64,000 nt of DNA. It comes from an uncultured Actinomycetota bacterium. GTDB lineage: Bacteria; Actinomycetota; Actinomycetes; JAFAQI01. The notes under the pieces were generated by a model. That model made no database searches. It had not been told where the DNA came from and saw only the letters and a list, made by a program, of their open reading frames with translations. The translations under genes and the position numbers were made by a program. The DNA is taken from contig CAVYQE010000010.1 in assembly GCA_963770565.1 (NCBI GenBank), forward strand, positions 1-64,000, read 5' to 3'. Of this stretch, positions 19,371 through 30,063 are shown piece after piece. Each line of letters starts with the position of its first letter. Within the stretch, counting starts at the first letter, position 1.

Positions 19371-19973
19371 GTGCTCAACGTCGGGTTGACCGGCGGCATC
19401 GGTGCCGGCAAGAGCGAGGTCACCCGTCGCCTAGCCGCGCTCGGCGCCGTGGTGATCGATGCGGACGCGATCGCCCGGGAGGTGGTCGAGGTCGGGACAC
19501 CCGGCCTCGACGCGGTTGTGGCGGAGTTCGGCCGCGAGGTGCTCGCGGCCGACGGCTCGCTCGACCGTGAAGCGGTCGCTTCGCTGGTGTTCGCCGATCC
19601 CGATGCGCGTGCCCGGTTGAACGCGATCGTGCATCCGCTGGTCGGGCATAGGGTCGCCGAGCTGATGGCGCAGGTCGCGGCCACTGACCCGGACGCGGTC
19701 GTGGTTCACGACGTACCGCTGATCGTCGAGGCCGGGATCCGGGACCGGTACAACGTGGTCGTGGTGGTCGACGCCCCGGTCGAGGTGCAGCTCGACCGGC
19801 TGACCGGGCTGCGGGGGATGACCGAGCCCGACGCCCGGGCGCGGATCGCGGCCCAGGCGAGCCGGGAGCAGCGGCTCGAGATCGCCGATCACGTGATCGT
19901 CAACGACGGCAACCTCGCCGAGCTCGACGCCCAGGTCGCCGCGCTCTGGCACACGCTGACCACCCCGCAGTGA
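19371..19973 (+). CDS. coaE: Dephospho-CoA kinase
   Basis: [32 protein letters not shown]; follows rpsA. Confidence 0.95.
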   Translation: MLNVGLTGGIGAGKSEVTRRLAALGAVVIDADAIAREVVEVGTPGLDAVVAEFGREVLAADGSLDREAVASLVFADPDARARLNAIVHPLVGHRVAELMAQVAATDPDAVVVHDVPLIVEAGIRDRYNVVVVVDAPVEVQLDRLTGLRGMTEPDARARIAAQASREQRLEIADHVIVNDGNLAELDAQVAALWHTLTTPQ

Positions 19974-20087
19974 GCCCCGTTTCAGCACACAGCGCCGGTC
20001 CGGCCCGCCCGGTCGACCGGACGTTCGCGGACATCCGTCACACCCGTAACGGGTTGTGTGCTGGAAGGGGACCGGGCCGGAGGGAAG

Positions 20088-20109
20088 TGTCGGAGTGGCG
20101 GCGTACGTT
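20088..20109 (+). promoter_or_regulatory. RecA-NDp/PafBC-type DNA-damage promoter of uvrB
   Basis: TGTCGG-agtggcggcg-TACGTT; GTG start 8 nt downstream. Confidence 0.75.
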
Positions 20110-20117
20110 CTGATGCT

Positions 20118-22229
20118 GTGAGTACTGTGACGTCGATCCGGCCGAGCGAGGCGCCGTTCCGGGTGGAGTCGGACTTCGAGGCCTCCGGCGACCAGCCGGC
20201 CGCGATCGAGGAGCTGGCCCGCCGGGTGAGCGCCGGCGAGCGGCACACCGTGCTGCTCGGTGCGACCGGCACGGGCAAGTCGGCGACCACGGCCTGGCTG
20301 GTGGAGAAGCTGCAGCGTCCCACCCTGGTGATGGCGCCTAACAAGACCCTCGCGGCGCAGCTCGCGAACGAGTTCCGCGAGCTGCTGCCGCACAACGCGG
20401 TCGAATACTTCGTCTCCTACTACGACTACTACCAGCCTGAGGCGTACGTCCCACAGACCGACACCTACATCGAGAAGGACTCCTCGATCAACGAGGAGGT
20501 CGAGCGGCTTCGACACTCCGCGACGATGAGCCTGCTGACCAGGCGCGACGTGATCGTGGTGGCGAGCGTGTCGTGCATCTACGGTCTGGGCACCCCGCAG
20601 GAGTACGTCGACCGGTGCGTGCAGCTCGACGTCGGGCAGACGATCGAGCGCGACGCGTTGCTGCGGCGGTTCGTCGACATCCAATACAGCCGCAACGACC
20701 TGGCCTTCACCCGCGGCACCTTCCGGGTGCGCGGCGACACGGTCGAGGTGTTCCCGGTCTATCAGGAGCTCGCGACCCGGATCGAGATGTTCGGTGACGA
20801 GATCGAGCGGATCTCGACGCTGCACCCGCTGACCGGCGAGGTGATCAGCGAGGACACCACCGCGTTGGTGTTCCCGGCGACCCACTACGTTGCCGGTCCG
20901 GAGCGGATGGAGCGCGCGATCTCGGGCATCGAGACCGAGCTCGAGGCCCGGCTGGCCGAGCTCGAGACGCACGGGAAGCTGCTCGAGGCGCAGCGGCTGC
21001 GGATGCGGACGACGTACGACATCGAGATGATGCGCCAGGTCGGCTTCTGCTCGGGCATCGAGAACTACTCGCGACACATCGACGGCCGCGCCCAAGGGAC
21101 ACCGCCGCACACTCTGCTCGACTACTTCCCGGACGACTTCCTGCTCGTGATCGACGAGTCGCACGTCACCGTCCCGCAGATCGGCGGTATGTACGAAGGC
21201 GACATGAGCCGCAAGCGCACCCTGGTCGACCACGGCTTCCGGCTGCCGAGCGCGATGGACAACCGGCCGTTGCGCTGGGAGGAGTTCCTCGAGCGGATCG
21301 GGCAGACCGTGTACCTGTCCGCGACCCCAGGGCCGTACGAGATGGGGCAGGTCAAGGGCGACGTGGTGGAGCAGGTGATCCGCCCGACCGGCCTGGTCGA
21401 CCCGCTGGTCGTCGTCAAGCCGCCCAAGGGCCAGATCGACGACCTGATCCACGAGATCAGGATTCGCGCCGAGCGCAACGAGCGAGTGCTCGTCACCACG
21501 CTGACCAAGAAGATGGCCGAGGATCTGACCGACTACCTGCTCGAGAACTCAGTCCGGGTTCGCTACCTGCACAGCGAGGTCGACACACTGCGCCGGGTCG
21601 AGCTGCTGCGCGAGCTGCGCAAAGGCGACTACGACGTCCTGGTCGGGATCAACCTGCTCCGCGAAGGCCTCGACCTGCCCGAGGTCTCACTGGTGTCGAT
21701 TCTCGACGCCGACAAGGAAGGGTTCCTGCGCAGTGGCACCTCGCTGATCCAGACCATCGGCCGGGCCGCCCGGCACGTGTCCGGCGAGGTCCACATGTAC
21801 GCCGACAGCATCACGCCGTCGATGCAGAAGGCGATCGAGGAGACCAACCGGCGACGGGACAAGCAGATCGCCTACAACGCCGAGCGCGGCGTCGATCCGC
21901 AGCCGCTTCGCAAGCGGATCGCCGACATTCTCGACGACATCGTGCGCGGCGAAGAGGGTGAGCTGATCGGGGGCAGCGGCCGGGCGCAGTCTCGCGGCAA
22001 GACGCCGGTGCCGGGGATGGCGAGCAAGTCGCCGACCGCCGGCCAGCATGCCGCCGAGCTGGCTGGGATGCCGAAGGCCGAGCTTGCGCTGCTGATTCAA
22101 CAACTTCAGGACCAGATGCACGACGCCGCCGCCGAGCTGCACTTCGAGCTGGCCGCCCGGCTCCGCGACGAAGTCAACGAGTTGAAGAAGGAGTTCCGCG
22201 CAATGTCCGCCGCGGGTCTGCCGGGCTGA
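20118..22229 (+). CDS. uvrB: Excinuclease ABC subunit B
   Basis: [44 protein letters not shown]-terminal UVR domain. Confidence 0.97.
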   Translation: MSTVTSIRPSEAPFRVESDFEASGDQPAAIEELARRVSAGERHTVLLGATGTGKSATTAWLVEKLQRPTLVMAPNKTLAAQLANEFRELLPHNAVEYFVSYYDYYQPEAYVPQTDTYIEKDSSINEEVERLRHSATMSLLTRRDVIVVASVSCIYGLGTPQEYVDRCVQLDVGQTIERDALLRRFVDIQYSRNDLAFTRGTFRVRGDTVEVFPVYQELATRIEMFGDEIERISTLHPLTGEVISEDTTALVFPATHYVAGPERMERAISGIETELEARLAELETHGKLLEAQRLRMRTTYDIEMMRQVGFCSGIENYSRHIDGRAQGTPPHTLLDYFPDDFLLVIDESHVTVPQIGGMYEGDMSRKRTLVDHGFRLPSAMDNRPLRWEEFLERIGQTVYLSATPGPYEMGQVKGDVVEQVIRPTGLVDPLVVVKPPKGQIDDLIHEIRIRAERNERVLVTTLTKKMAEDLTDYLLENSVRVRYLHSEVDTLRRVELLRELRKGDYDVLVGINLLREGLDLPEVSLVSILDADKEGFLRSGTSLIQTIGRAARHVSGEVHMYADSITPSMQKAIEETNRRRDKQIAYNAERGVDPQPLRKRIADILDDIVRGEEGELIGGSGRAQSRGKTPVPGMASKSPTAGQHAAELAGMPKAELALLIQQLQDQMHDAAAELHFELAARLRDEVNELKKEFRAMSAAGLPG

Positions 22230-22731
22230 GTTGCCGAAGCGGCACCAGCAAGGTCCGCTCCGGGTCTTGGCGGTCCCGACCGAGCGGCCAGGACAGTGCT
22301 TGATTCAATGCCACGGAAGCGCGTTCGACATATTCGTTGGCGCCGGATCGCACGGGCAGGTTCGCTACATCCGGACGTCAGAAGGTGGTTCAGATCGGCA
22401 CCCGCCCTTCGGGTGCCAGGCCGGGCTAGCACAACGGCGCCTCCATACCGTGCTCACGGGAGACGGTGCCGCGGGCTAGGCAGTTCGGTCGCAGTGCCTC
22501 GCTACAAGTCGTCAGCATTTGCACACGATCCGCCCCTGCGGAATCGAGTACTCAACGATCCGCCAGTGTCCGTAGGCCAACCTGACGCAGGAGCGCGTCA
22601 CTCGTTGAAACCGTGGCCGCGTATTCCCAAACGGGAGGCTGGTGAAGCGAAACAGCCCTCTTGCGATCTTGAGGGCGTCGAACTGGCGGCGCTCGTTCGT
22701 GACTGGCTTGTCGTCGTGAGAGGTTGGCGGG

Positions 22732-23556
22732 GTGGAGTTGCCGGGTGGGATCGATCTTTCTGGGCGGGTTGCGGTCGTCACCGGGGCTGGAAGCGCAGAG
22801 GGGATCGGGTTCGCCGCCGCTCGCCAGCTCGGCGAGCTCGGGGCTTCGGTGGTACTGGCGGCGACCACGTCCCGGGCCGAAGAGCGGGCGGCGGAGTTGG
22901 CGGAGCGGGGGATCCCTTCACTTGGGGTGGTCGGCGACCTGACCATCGAGGGCAGCGCGCAGGTCTTGGTGGATGCGGCGGTCGGCCGGTGGGGCCGCCT
23001 CGACATCGTCGTCAACAACGCGGGGATGGTCTCGGTCACCGACCCGCACTTCGAGTCCGGCGCCGTCGACACGATGTCGTACGACACCTGGCGGGCATCG
23101 CTCACCCGCAACCTCGATACCGCGTTCCTGGTCAGCTCGGCCGCCTGGCCGGTGATGAAGGAGCAGGGCTGGGGCCGGGTCGTCATGGTGAGCAGCGTGA
23201 CCGGGCCGGTGATGGCGACCCCCGACGACGTCGGCTACGCCGCGTCGAAGGCCGGGATGCTCGGGCTGTGCCGGGCGATGGCGATGGACGGCGCGCCGCA
23301 CGGCATCACGGTCAACGCGGTGGCACCGGGCTGGATCGCGACCGCGTCGCAGACCGACAGCGAGCGCCGCGAAGGGGTCGCGACGCCGGTCGGTCGAAGC
23401 GGCACGGCCGACGAGGTCGCCGCTGCGATCACATGGCTGTGCACTCCGGGCGCCTCCTACGTCACCGGCCAGAACCTGGTGGTCGACGGTGGCAACAGCG
23501 TGTCGGAGGCCCGCGCCTGGCCGAGCGGCGGTGAGGACAGCCATGACCCACAGTGA
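22732..23556 (+). CDS. SDR family NAD(P)-dependent oxidoreductase
   Basis: VVTGAGSAEGIG, NNAG, YAASK, NAVAPGWI, YVTGQNLVVDGG. Confidence 0.9.
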   Translation: MELPGGIDLSGRVAVVTGAGSAEGIGFAAARQLGELGASVVLAATTSRAEERAAELAERGIPSLGVVGDLTIEGSAQVLVDAAVGRWGRLDIVVNNAGMVSVTDPHFESGAVDTMSYDTWRASLTRNLDTAFLVSSAAWPVMKEQGWGRVVMVSSVTGPVMATPDDVGYAASKAGMLGLCRAMAMDGAPHGITVNAVAPGWIATASQTDSERREGVATPVGRSGTADEVAAAITWLCTPGASYVTGQNLVVDGGNSVSEARAWPSGGEDSHDPQ

Positions 23557-23884
23557 GTTGCTCGCCTACTGCCTGGCGAAGCCCGGCGCGGTCCAGGACG
23601 AGCCGTGGGAAGGCGACGTCGTCGCGAAGGTCGGCGGCAAGATCTTCAGCTTCAACGCCGCGACCGCCCTCGGGGTGAAATGCGGCCGCAACCCTGACGA
23701 GGCGGCCGAGCTTCGCACCCGCTACCCGGACGACGTCAAGGCAATGGCATACATCGGCCGGTTCGGGTGGAACACGGTCGCGATCGACGGCGCGGTGCCC
23801 GATGACGAGCTGCTCGAGCTCGTCGACGCGTCGTACGACGCAGTGGTCGCGAGCCTGCCGAAGGCCAAGCGGCCGGTCGGCTAG
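23543..23884 (+). CDS. MmcQ/YjbR family protein
   Basis: YCLAKPGA..PW, KVGGKIF, WNTV, ELVDASYDAV. GAGGA RBS. Confidence 0.85.
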   Translation: MTHSELLAYCLAKPGAVQDEPWEGDVVAKVGGKIFSFNAATALGVKCGRNPDEAAELRTRYPDDVKAMAYIGRFGWNTVAIDGAVPDDELLELVDASYDAVVASLPKAKRPVG

Positions 23885-25737
23885 CCGGACCGCCGCACCC
23901 GCCCGCCGCGCTTGCCGTGATCGGCGGGCGTCACCACCGCGCCGTGCATGAGCGCGTTGGTGGCCGACTTCGTGGTCGCGGTGTTGCGGCCGCTGCGGGC
24001 CGGCACCCGGTCGGTCGTGGTCGGCGCCGCGGGGAACCAGCGGGTGGCCGGGATGGTCTTGCCGTGCTGGGTCGGCATCCGCTGATTCGTCGGGATGGTC
24101 GGTGACGCCCCGCCCATCTCGGTGTCCTCGTCGGCGCAGGTACCGGTGCCCACCGGCGAGCCCAGCGGCATCGTGGGCAGCGCCGGCATCGACATGTCGT
24201 GCCTGCCGCGGAACAACGCCGAGGTCAGGTCGCCGACCGTCTCCTTCCGCCACTTCGACACGTTCGGCACCTCGATCCCGAACCGCTCGGCGAGCAGCTT
24301 CAGCTGGGAGGTGTGGTCGAACACCTCGGCGGCGATGTGGCCGCCACGGCTGAACGGCGAGATCATCAGCGCCGGCACCCGGACGCCCAGCCCGACCGGG
24401 CCAGAGATCGCCTGATACTGGCTGTTGCCCCGGTGGTTCGAGGTCAGGAACTCGCCGTGGGTGCCCTTCGGCGGGGTCGGCGGCGCGACATGGTCGAACC
24501 AGCCGTCGTTCTCGTCGTACATGACGAACAGCGCGGTCTTGGACCACACCTTCTTATTGGAGGTGAGGGCATCGAGCACGGACTGCGTGAACCACATCCC
24601 GCGGTCCGGCGGCGACGACGGGTGCTCGTCGAAGCCGAGCGGCGGAATGATCCAGGACACCGCGGGGAAGTTGCCGGACTTGATGTCGGCGAGGAAGTCG
24701 TTCGGGAAGGTCGGGAGGAACGCCCTGCGGTGCAGCTGCGTCTTGGGGTCCTTGTACGCCTTGAAGTACGGCAGCACGTGGTCGGTCAGCAGCAGCACGT
24801 AGGGGCTGGTCGCGTCGTAGATCGACGGGTCCCAGGTCGAGAACTTCTTCAGCGGGGCGAACTTGCCGGTCGTGTGCGCGTTGGACGGGTGGTAGACCTT
24901 CCAGGGCACGCCCTTGTCCTGTAGGTGTTCCTGGACGGTCTCCCAGCGGCAGGTCCAGAGGAAGTTCGGGATGATGCTCGGGTTGGTCTCGGTGATCGGA
25001 CCGCCCTTGCCGCCCTCCGGGTCGATCGTGCCGGTGTTGGCCATCAGCCGGTTCGGGTGGGTCGGGCCGAGCACCGACGAGAAGTAGGCGTCGCACAGCG
25101 TGAAGTGGTCGGCCAGCGCCCAGTGGAACGGCAGGTCGCGGCGGGTGTAGTAGCCCATCGTCATGGCGCCGTCGGGGTTGCCCTCGTTCGCCTTGGCGGT
25201 GTGGACCTTGACGAACCGGTCCATCTTGCCGTGGTTCCAGCACTGGTGCTGCGGGCCCCAGTTGTGGGTGAGGTCGTTGGTGCACTCCTCGCCGATGCTC
25301 GGGTCGAGGTGGAACGGCAGCAGTTTCTTGCGCGGCGAGAGCGTGGTCCCGCCCGGGTAGTCCTGGGCAAACGGTCCGAGCGAGTGCTTCGGATGGTCGT
25401 CGAAGCCACGGCCGCGCGGGTAGGCGCCGAAGTAGTGGTCGTAGGAGCGGTTCTCCAGCATCAGGAACACGATGTGGTCCACCGCGCCGAGGTCGCCGCC
25501 GGCCGGAGCGATCGAGGCGGCGTGCCGGACCGACGCGACCTGCTTGGCCGCGTGTGCGGCCCGTCGGGCCGACCGGACCTCCTCGGGCGGCATCGTCGCC
25601 GCGGCCACCCGTTCAGGCACGCCCAGCAGGGCGCCGGCGCCGACCGCCGACAAGGCCGCGATCAGCTCGCGACGCGACATGTTGCCGAGCCGGAGCATGT
25701 GCTCGACTCGCTCGGCGGGTGTCTTGTCGTCGTCCAT
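23881..25737 (-). CDS. Tat-exported phospholipase C / phosphoesterase family protein
   Basis: SRRELI twin-arginine signal, HIVFLMLENRSYDHYFG, THPNR, DEHP, YDENDGWFDHV, GVRVP, FDHTS. Confidence 0.88.
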   Translation of the reverse strand: MDDDKTPAERVEHMLRLGNMSRRELIAALSAVGAGALLGVPERVAAATMPPEEVRSARRAAHAAKQVASVRHAASIAPAGGDLGAVDHIVFLMLENRSYDHYFGAYPRGRGFDDHPKHSLGPFAQDYPGGTTLSPRKKLLPFHLDPSIGEECTNDLTHNWGPQHQCWNHGKMDRFVKVHTAKANEGNPDGAMTMGYYTRRDLPFHWALADHFTLCDAYFSSVLGPTHPNRLMANTGTIDPEGGKGGPITETNPSIIPNFLWTCRWETVQEHLQDKGVPWKVYHPSNAHTTGKFAPLKKFSTWDPSIYDATSPYVLLLTDHVLPYFKAYKDPKTQLHRRAFLPTFPNDFLADIKSGNFPAVSWIIPPLGFDEHPSSPPDRGMWFTQSVLDALTSNKKVWSKTALFVMYDENDGWFDHVAPPTPPKGTHGEFLTSNHRGNSQYQAISGPVGLGVRVPALMISPFSRGGHIAAEVFDHTSQLKLLAERFGIEVPNVSKWRKETVGDLTSALFRGRHDMSMPALPTMPLGSPVGTGTCADEDTEMGGASPTIPTNQRMPTQHGKTIPATRWFPAAPTTTDRVPARSGRNTATTKSATNALMHGAVVTPADHGKRGGRVRRSG

Positions 25738-25742
25738 AGGGC

Positions 25743-26216
25743 TCAACTCCTGCTCCAGTAGGTCGCCATGAGCTCGTGTGACCAGGCGGGTTGGTGGACC
25801 TCGCCTCGCGGCAGGAACTCGGTCATGACCGGCTTGAGGTCGAGGACCGGAGTGTTGTCGATCGCGTCGAGGGCCTCGACGGTCAGGGTCAGGTGGTCGA
25901 TGCCGAGCAGCCGGCAGGCGGTGACGCCGAGCCGGTTCGGCCGCATCTTCGCTCGCTGGGCGAAGATCCCGACGCTCGGCCAGTCCGGGTTGCCGCGCGG
26001 GTGGCGGGCCCCGGCCTGCACCTCGTCGTCGGCGACCTGGTCGAACAGATAGACCACCTCGACATGTGAGAAGTCCTCGAGGCCGGCCAGGCTCTCCGGG
26101 GTGAACCGCTCCGGGTCGAGGGTGATCGTCGCGCTCACCGACTCCCAGTCGTCGTCGATCGCCTCGTGGCGGGACGAGTGCACCCAGCCGATCGGGTGCA
26201 TGTCGTACGTCGTCAC
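25743..26216 (-). CDS. TrmO/TsaA-like (UPF0066) SAM-binding methyltransferase
   Basis: PIGWV, LAGLEDFSHV, GIFAQR..RPNRLG, LDAIDNTPVLDLKP. Alternative start at 26225. Confidence 0.8.
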   Translation of the reverse strand: MTTYDMHPIGWVHSSRHEAIDDDWESVSATITLDPERFTPESLAGLEDFSHVEVVYLFDQVADDEVQAGARHPRGNPDWPSVGIFAQRAKMRPNRLGVTACRLLGIDHLTLTVEALDAIDNTPVLDLKPVMTEFLPRGEVHQPAWSHELMATYWSRS

Positions 26217-26276
26217 GCCGCTCACTCTGCCATGCCGGCGGGCCGGGATCCGCCGGTCACCACATGTACGGCGGGG

Positions 26277-26933
26277 CTACCAGCCCCGTTCACGCCACTC
26301 GGCCAGGTTTGGCCGTTCGGCGCCGAGCGTACTGTCGCCGCCGTGGCCCGGGTAGAACCAGGTGTCGTCGGGCAGCCGGCCGAAGATCTTCTCCTCGAGG
26401 TCGTCCATCAGGCTCAGGTGGTCCTCCGGCCGGGTGGTCAGCCCGTGCCCGCCGGGGAACAGCGAGTCGCCGGTGAACAGATGTTTGCGGTCCTCGCCCT
26501 GATAGAGCAGGGCGATCGAGCCGGGGGTGTGGCCGACCAGGTGGATCACTGACAGCCGGCAGTCGCCGACGACGACTTCGTCGCCCTCGACCAGCGGCTC
26601 GAAGGTGGTGATCGGCAGCGGCTCGGCGTCCTCCGGGTGCACCGCGACCGGCGCGCCGGTGGCGGCGATCACCTCGGGCAGCGCCTGCCAGTGGTCGGCG
26701 TGCTGATGGGTAGTGACGATCCGCTGGAGCGAATCGCCGTCGAGCACTCCGAGCAGGACGTCCGGCGAGTGCGCGGCGTCGATCAGCAGCACATCGCCGG
26801 TGTTCCGGCATCGCAGGAAGTAGGCGTTGTTGTCCATCGGCCCGACCGCGACCTTGGTCAGCGTCAGGTCACCGAGCACCCTGGTCTGGGGTGGGCCACC
26901 CACGGTGACATTTCCGTCGTATTCGTCAGTCAT
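26277..26933 (-). CDS. MBL fold metallo-hydrolase
   Basis: THQHADH, GHTPGS, FTGDSLF, PGHG. TAGGCT -10 lies 7 nt before the ATG; divergent from uvrA. Confidence 0.9.
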   Translation of the reverse strand: MTDEYDGNVTVGGPPQTRVLGDLTLTKVAVGPMDNNAYFLRCRNTGDVLLIDAAHSPDVLLGVLDGDSLQRIVTTHQHADHWQALPEVIAATGAPVAVHPEDAEPLPITTFEPLVEGDEVVVGDCRLSVIHLVGHTPGSIALLYQGEDRKHLFTGDSLFPGGHGLTTRPEDHLSLMDDLEEKIFGRLPDDTWFYPGHGGDSTLGAERPNLAEWRERGW

Positions 26934-26997
26934 GGGCAGGAGCCTAGTGTCGGCCGCCCGGGCGGCGGAGGCCGAGGCGGCAACTCCGGTCCGAAAC

Positions 26998-27019
26998 TGT
27001 CGGAGCCGCCACGTAGCAT
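26998..27019 (+). promoter_or_regulatory. RecA-NDp/PafBC-type DNA-damage promoter of uvrA
   Basis: TGTCGG-agccgccacg-TAGCAT. Confidence 0.75.
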
Positions 27020-27121
27020 CGGGGAGGCCAAGAACCGGGCGTGATTTCCCGCGCGCGGACCCTGGCGTGAGCGCCGCCCGACCCGACCCGTGACCGCTTC
27101 CCCCCGAGCCAGAAAGCACTT

Positions 27122-30010
27122 GTGGCAGACCGTCTGATCGTCCGTGGAGCGCGCGAGCACAACCTGCGCGATGTGAGCATCGACCTGCCTCGCGACGCGC
27201 TGATCGTGTTCACCGGGCTGTCCGGGAGCGGCAAGTCGAGCCTGGCCTTCGACACGATCTTCGCCGAGGGTCAGCGCCGGTACGTCGAGTCCCTCTCGGC
27301 CTACGCGCGGCAGTTCCTCGGCCAGATGGACAAGCCCGACGTCGACTTCATCGAGGGGCTCAGCCCGGCGGTCTCGATCGACCAGCGCTCGACCAGCCGC
27401 AACCCGCGCTCGACGGTCGGGACGATCACCGAGGTGTGGGACTACCTCCGGCTGCTGTACGCCCGGATCGGCCTCCCGCACTGCCCGGTCTGCGGCGAGC
27501 TGATCGCCCGGCAGAGCCCGCAGCAGATCGTCGACCGGGTCCTCGACCTCGACGAGGGCACCCGCTTCCAGGTGCTCGCGCCGGTCGTGCGCGGCCGCAA
27601 GGGCGAGTACGCCGAGCTGTTCCGCGAGCTGCAGACCAAGGGGTTCAGCCGCGCCCGGGTCGACGGCGCGGTGATCTCCCTGAGCGACGCCCCGAAGCTG
27701 GCCAAGTACGAAAAGCACGACATCGACGTGGTGATCGACCGGCTGTCGGTCAAACGGGATGCCAAGCGCCGGCTGACCGACTCGGTGGAGACCGCGCTGG
27801 GCCTGGCCGGCGGCGTGCTGGTGCTCGACTTCGTCGACCTGCCCGAGAACGACCCGCACCGGGAGCGCAAGTACTCCGAGCGGCTGGCCTGCCCCAACGA
27901 CCATCCGCTGACCATGGAGGACCTCGAGCCGCGGGCCTTCTCGTTCAACTCGCCGTACGGTGCCTGCCCGACCTGTGCCGGTCTCGGCACCCGGCTCGAG
28001 GCGGACGAGGAGCTGATCGTCCCGGACCCGACCAAGACCCTTGCCCAGGGTGCGGTCGTGCCGTGGTCGGGGGCGCACGGGCGCGACTACTTCGGCCGGT
28101 TGGTCGAGGCGCTGGGCGAGGAGCTCGGCTTCGGCATGGACACCGCCTGGGAGAAGCTGCCGGCCAAGGCCCGCAAGGCGATCCTGACCGGCCATCCGAA
28201 GCAGGTGCACGTCCGCTACCGCAACCGCTACGGGCGGGAGCGGTCCTACTGGACCAAGTTCGAGGGCGTGGTCAGCTACGTCGAGCGCCGGCACAGCGAG
28301 GCCGAGAGCGACACCAGCCGGGACCGGTTCGAGGGATTCATGCGCGAAGTGCCCTGCCCGTCCTGCGAGGGGGCCCGGCTCAAGCCCGAGTCGCTCGCGG
28401 TGACGGTCGGGGGCAAGTCGATCGCCGAGGTGGCCACGCTGCCGATCGGCGAGTGCGCCCGCTGGCTTTCCGGACTGAAACTGACCGCGCGCGAGGAGCA
28501 GATCGCGGTCCGGGTGCTGAAGGAGATCAACGAGCGGCTGCGGTTCCTGGTCGATGTCGGGCTGCACTACCTCTCGCTGGATCGGGCCTCCGCCACGCTG
28601 GCCGGCGGCGAGGCGCAACGGATCAGGCTCGCCACCCAGATCGGCTCCGGGCTGGTCGGGGTGCTCTATGTGCTCGACGAGCCGTCGATCGGGCTGCATC
28701 AGCGCGACAACCGGCGGCTGATCGAGACCCTGGTCCGGCTCCGCAACATGGGCAACACGCTGATCGTGGTCGAGCACGACGAGGAGACCATCCGGACCGC
28801 GGATTGGGTCGTCGACATCGGCCCGGGTGCCGGCGAGCACGGCGGCGAGATCGTCCACTCGGGCACCTACAAGGAGCTGCTCGAGGTCGAGCGGTCGATC
28901 ACCGGCGCCTACCTGTCCGGCCGCCGCGAGATCCCGATCCCGGACATCCGCCGCCAGCCGACGCCGGGCCGGACCCTGACCGTGGTCAACGCCCGGGAGC
29001 ACAACCTGCGCGAGGTCACCGCGGAGTTCCCGCTCGGCTGCTTCGTGACCGTCACCGGGGTGTCCGGCTCAGGCAAGTCCACCTTGGTCAACGACATCCT
29101 GTACGCCGTCCTCGCCCGGGAGCTCAACGGCGCCCGGCTGGTCCCGGGCCGGCACCGGACCGTGACCGGGCTGGAGCACGTGGACAAGGTGGTCGGGGTC
29201 GACCAGTCGCCGATCGGCCGCACGCCGCGGTCCAACCCGGCGACCTACACCAAGGTGTTCGACCGGATCCGCAGCCTGTTCGCCGAGACGACTGAGGCGA
29301 AGGTCCGGGGCTACCTGCCCGGGCGGTTCTCCTTCAACGTCAAGGGTGGCCGCTGCGAGAACTGCCAGGGCGACGGCACGATCAAGATCGAGATGAACTT
29401 CCTCCCGGACGTCTACGTCCCGTGCGAGGTCTGCCACGGCGCCCGCTACAACCGCGAGACCCTCGAGGTGCATTTCAAGGGCAAGACGATTGCCGACGTA
29501 CTGGACATGTCGATCGAGGAGGGCGCGGAGTTCTTCGAGGCGATCCCGGCGATCTCCCGGCACCTCACGACGCTGGTCGACGTCGGCCTCGGGTACGTCC
29601 GGCTCGGGCAGCCGGCCCCGACCCTGTCCGGCGGCGAGGCGCAGCGGGTGAAGCTCGCCTCGGAGCTGCAGAAGCGCTCGACCGGACGGACCGTCTACAT
29701 CCTCGACGAGCCGACCACCGGCCTGCACTTCGAGGACATCCGCAAGCTGCTCGGTGTGCTGACCCGGCTGGTCGACGCCGGCAACACGGTGATCGTCATC
29801 GAGCACAACCTGGACGTGGTCAAGACCGCGGACTGGATTATCGACATGGGGCCGGAGGGCGGTTCGGGCGGTGGCCGGATCATTGCCGAGGGCTCGCCGG
29901 AGACGGTCGCGACGATTGCCGAGTCGCACACCGGTGCTTTCCTTCGCGACACCCTCGGTGACCGGGTGCGGCCGGTCCCTGCGCCGAGGAAGGCCCGTAA
30001 GCGGGCCTGA
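27122..30010 (+). CDS. uvrA: Excinuclease ABC subunit A
   Basis: GAREHNL, two Walker A motifs ([16 protein letters not shown]), zinc fingers, [12 protein letters not shown]. Confidence 0.97.
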   Translation: MADRLIVRGAREHNLRDVSIDLPRDALIVFTGLSGSGKSSLAFDTIFAEGQRRYVESLSAYARQFLGQMDKPDVDFIEGLSPAVSIDQRSTSRNPRSTVGTITEVWDYLRLLYARIGLPHCPVCGELIARQSPQQIVDRVLDLDEGTRFQVLAPVVRGRKGEYAELFRELQTKGFSRARVDGAVISLSDAPKLAKYEKHDIDVVIDRLSVKRDAKRRLTDSVETALGLAGGVLVLDFVDLPENDPHRERKYSERLACPNDHPLTMEDLEPRAFSFNSPYGACPTCAGLGTRLEADEELIVPDPTKTLAQGAVVPWSGAHGRDYFGRLVEALGEELGFGMDTAWEKLPAKARKAILTGHPKQVHVRYRNRYGRERSYWTKFEGVVSYVERRHSEAESDTSRDRFEGFMREVPCPSCEGARLKPESLAVTVGGKSIAEVATLPIGECARWLSGLKLTAREEQIAVRVLKEINERLRFLVDVGLHYLSLDRASATLAGGEAQRIRLATQIGSGLVGVLYVLDEPSIGLHQRDNRRLIETLVRLRNMGNTLIVVEHDEETIRTADWVVDIGPGAGEHGGEIVHSGTYKELLEVERSITGAYLSGRREIPIPDIRRQPTPGRTLTVVNAREHNLREVTAEFPLGCFVTVTGVSGSGKSTLVNDILYAVLARELNGARLVPGRHRTVTGLEHVDKVVGVDQSPIGRTPRSNPATYTKVFDRIRSLFAETTEAKVRGYLPGRFSFNVKGGRCENCQGDGTIKIEMNFLPDVYVPCEVCHGARYNRETLEVHFKGKTIADVLDMSIEEGAEFFEAIPAISRHLTTLVDVGLGYVRLGQPAPTLSGGEAQRVKLASELQKRSTGRTVYILDEPTTGLHFEDIRKLLGVLTRLVDAGNTVIVIEHNLDVVKTADWIIDMGPEGGSGGGRIIAEGSPETVATIAESHTGAFLRDTLGDRVRPVPAPRKARKRA

Positions 30011-30034
30011 TCTCCGCACGATCCCGGCTCACGG

Positions 30035-30056
30035 TGTCCGGACCGCGGACTAGATT
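30035..30056 (+). promoter_or_regulatory. RecA-NDp/PafBC-type DNA-damage promoter of uvrC
   Basis: TGTCCG-gaccgcggac-TAGATT; GTG start 7 nt downstream. Confidence 0.65.
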
Positions 30057-30063
30057 TGATCGC

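Noticed and set aside
22640-22676. CTCAAG on the minus strand resembling the sigma-28 -35 element
   Set aside because: No GCCGAT at the expected spacing and no downstream gene.
17498-30019. Long antisense or alternate-frame ORFs (for example 17498..19684-, 19431..21452-, 26930..29002-, 27436..29295+)
   Set aside because: Shadow ORFs of rpsA, uvrB and uvrA caused by high-GC codon bias; no recognisable motifs.
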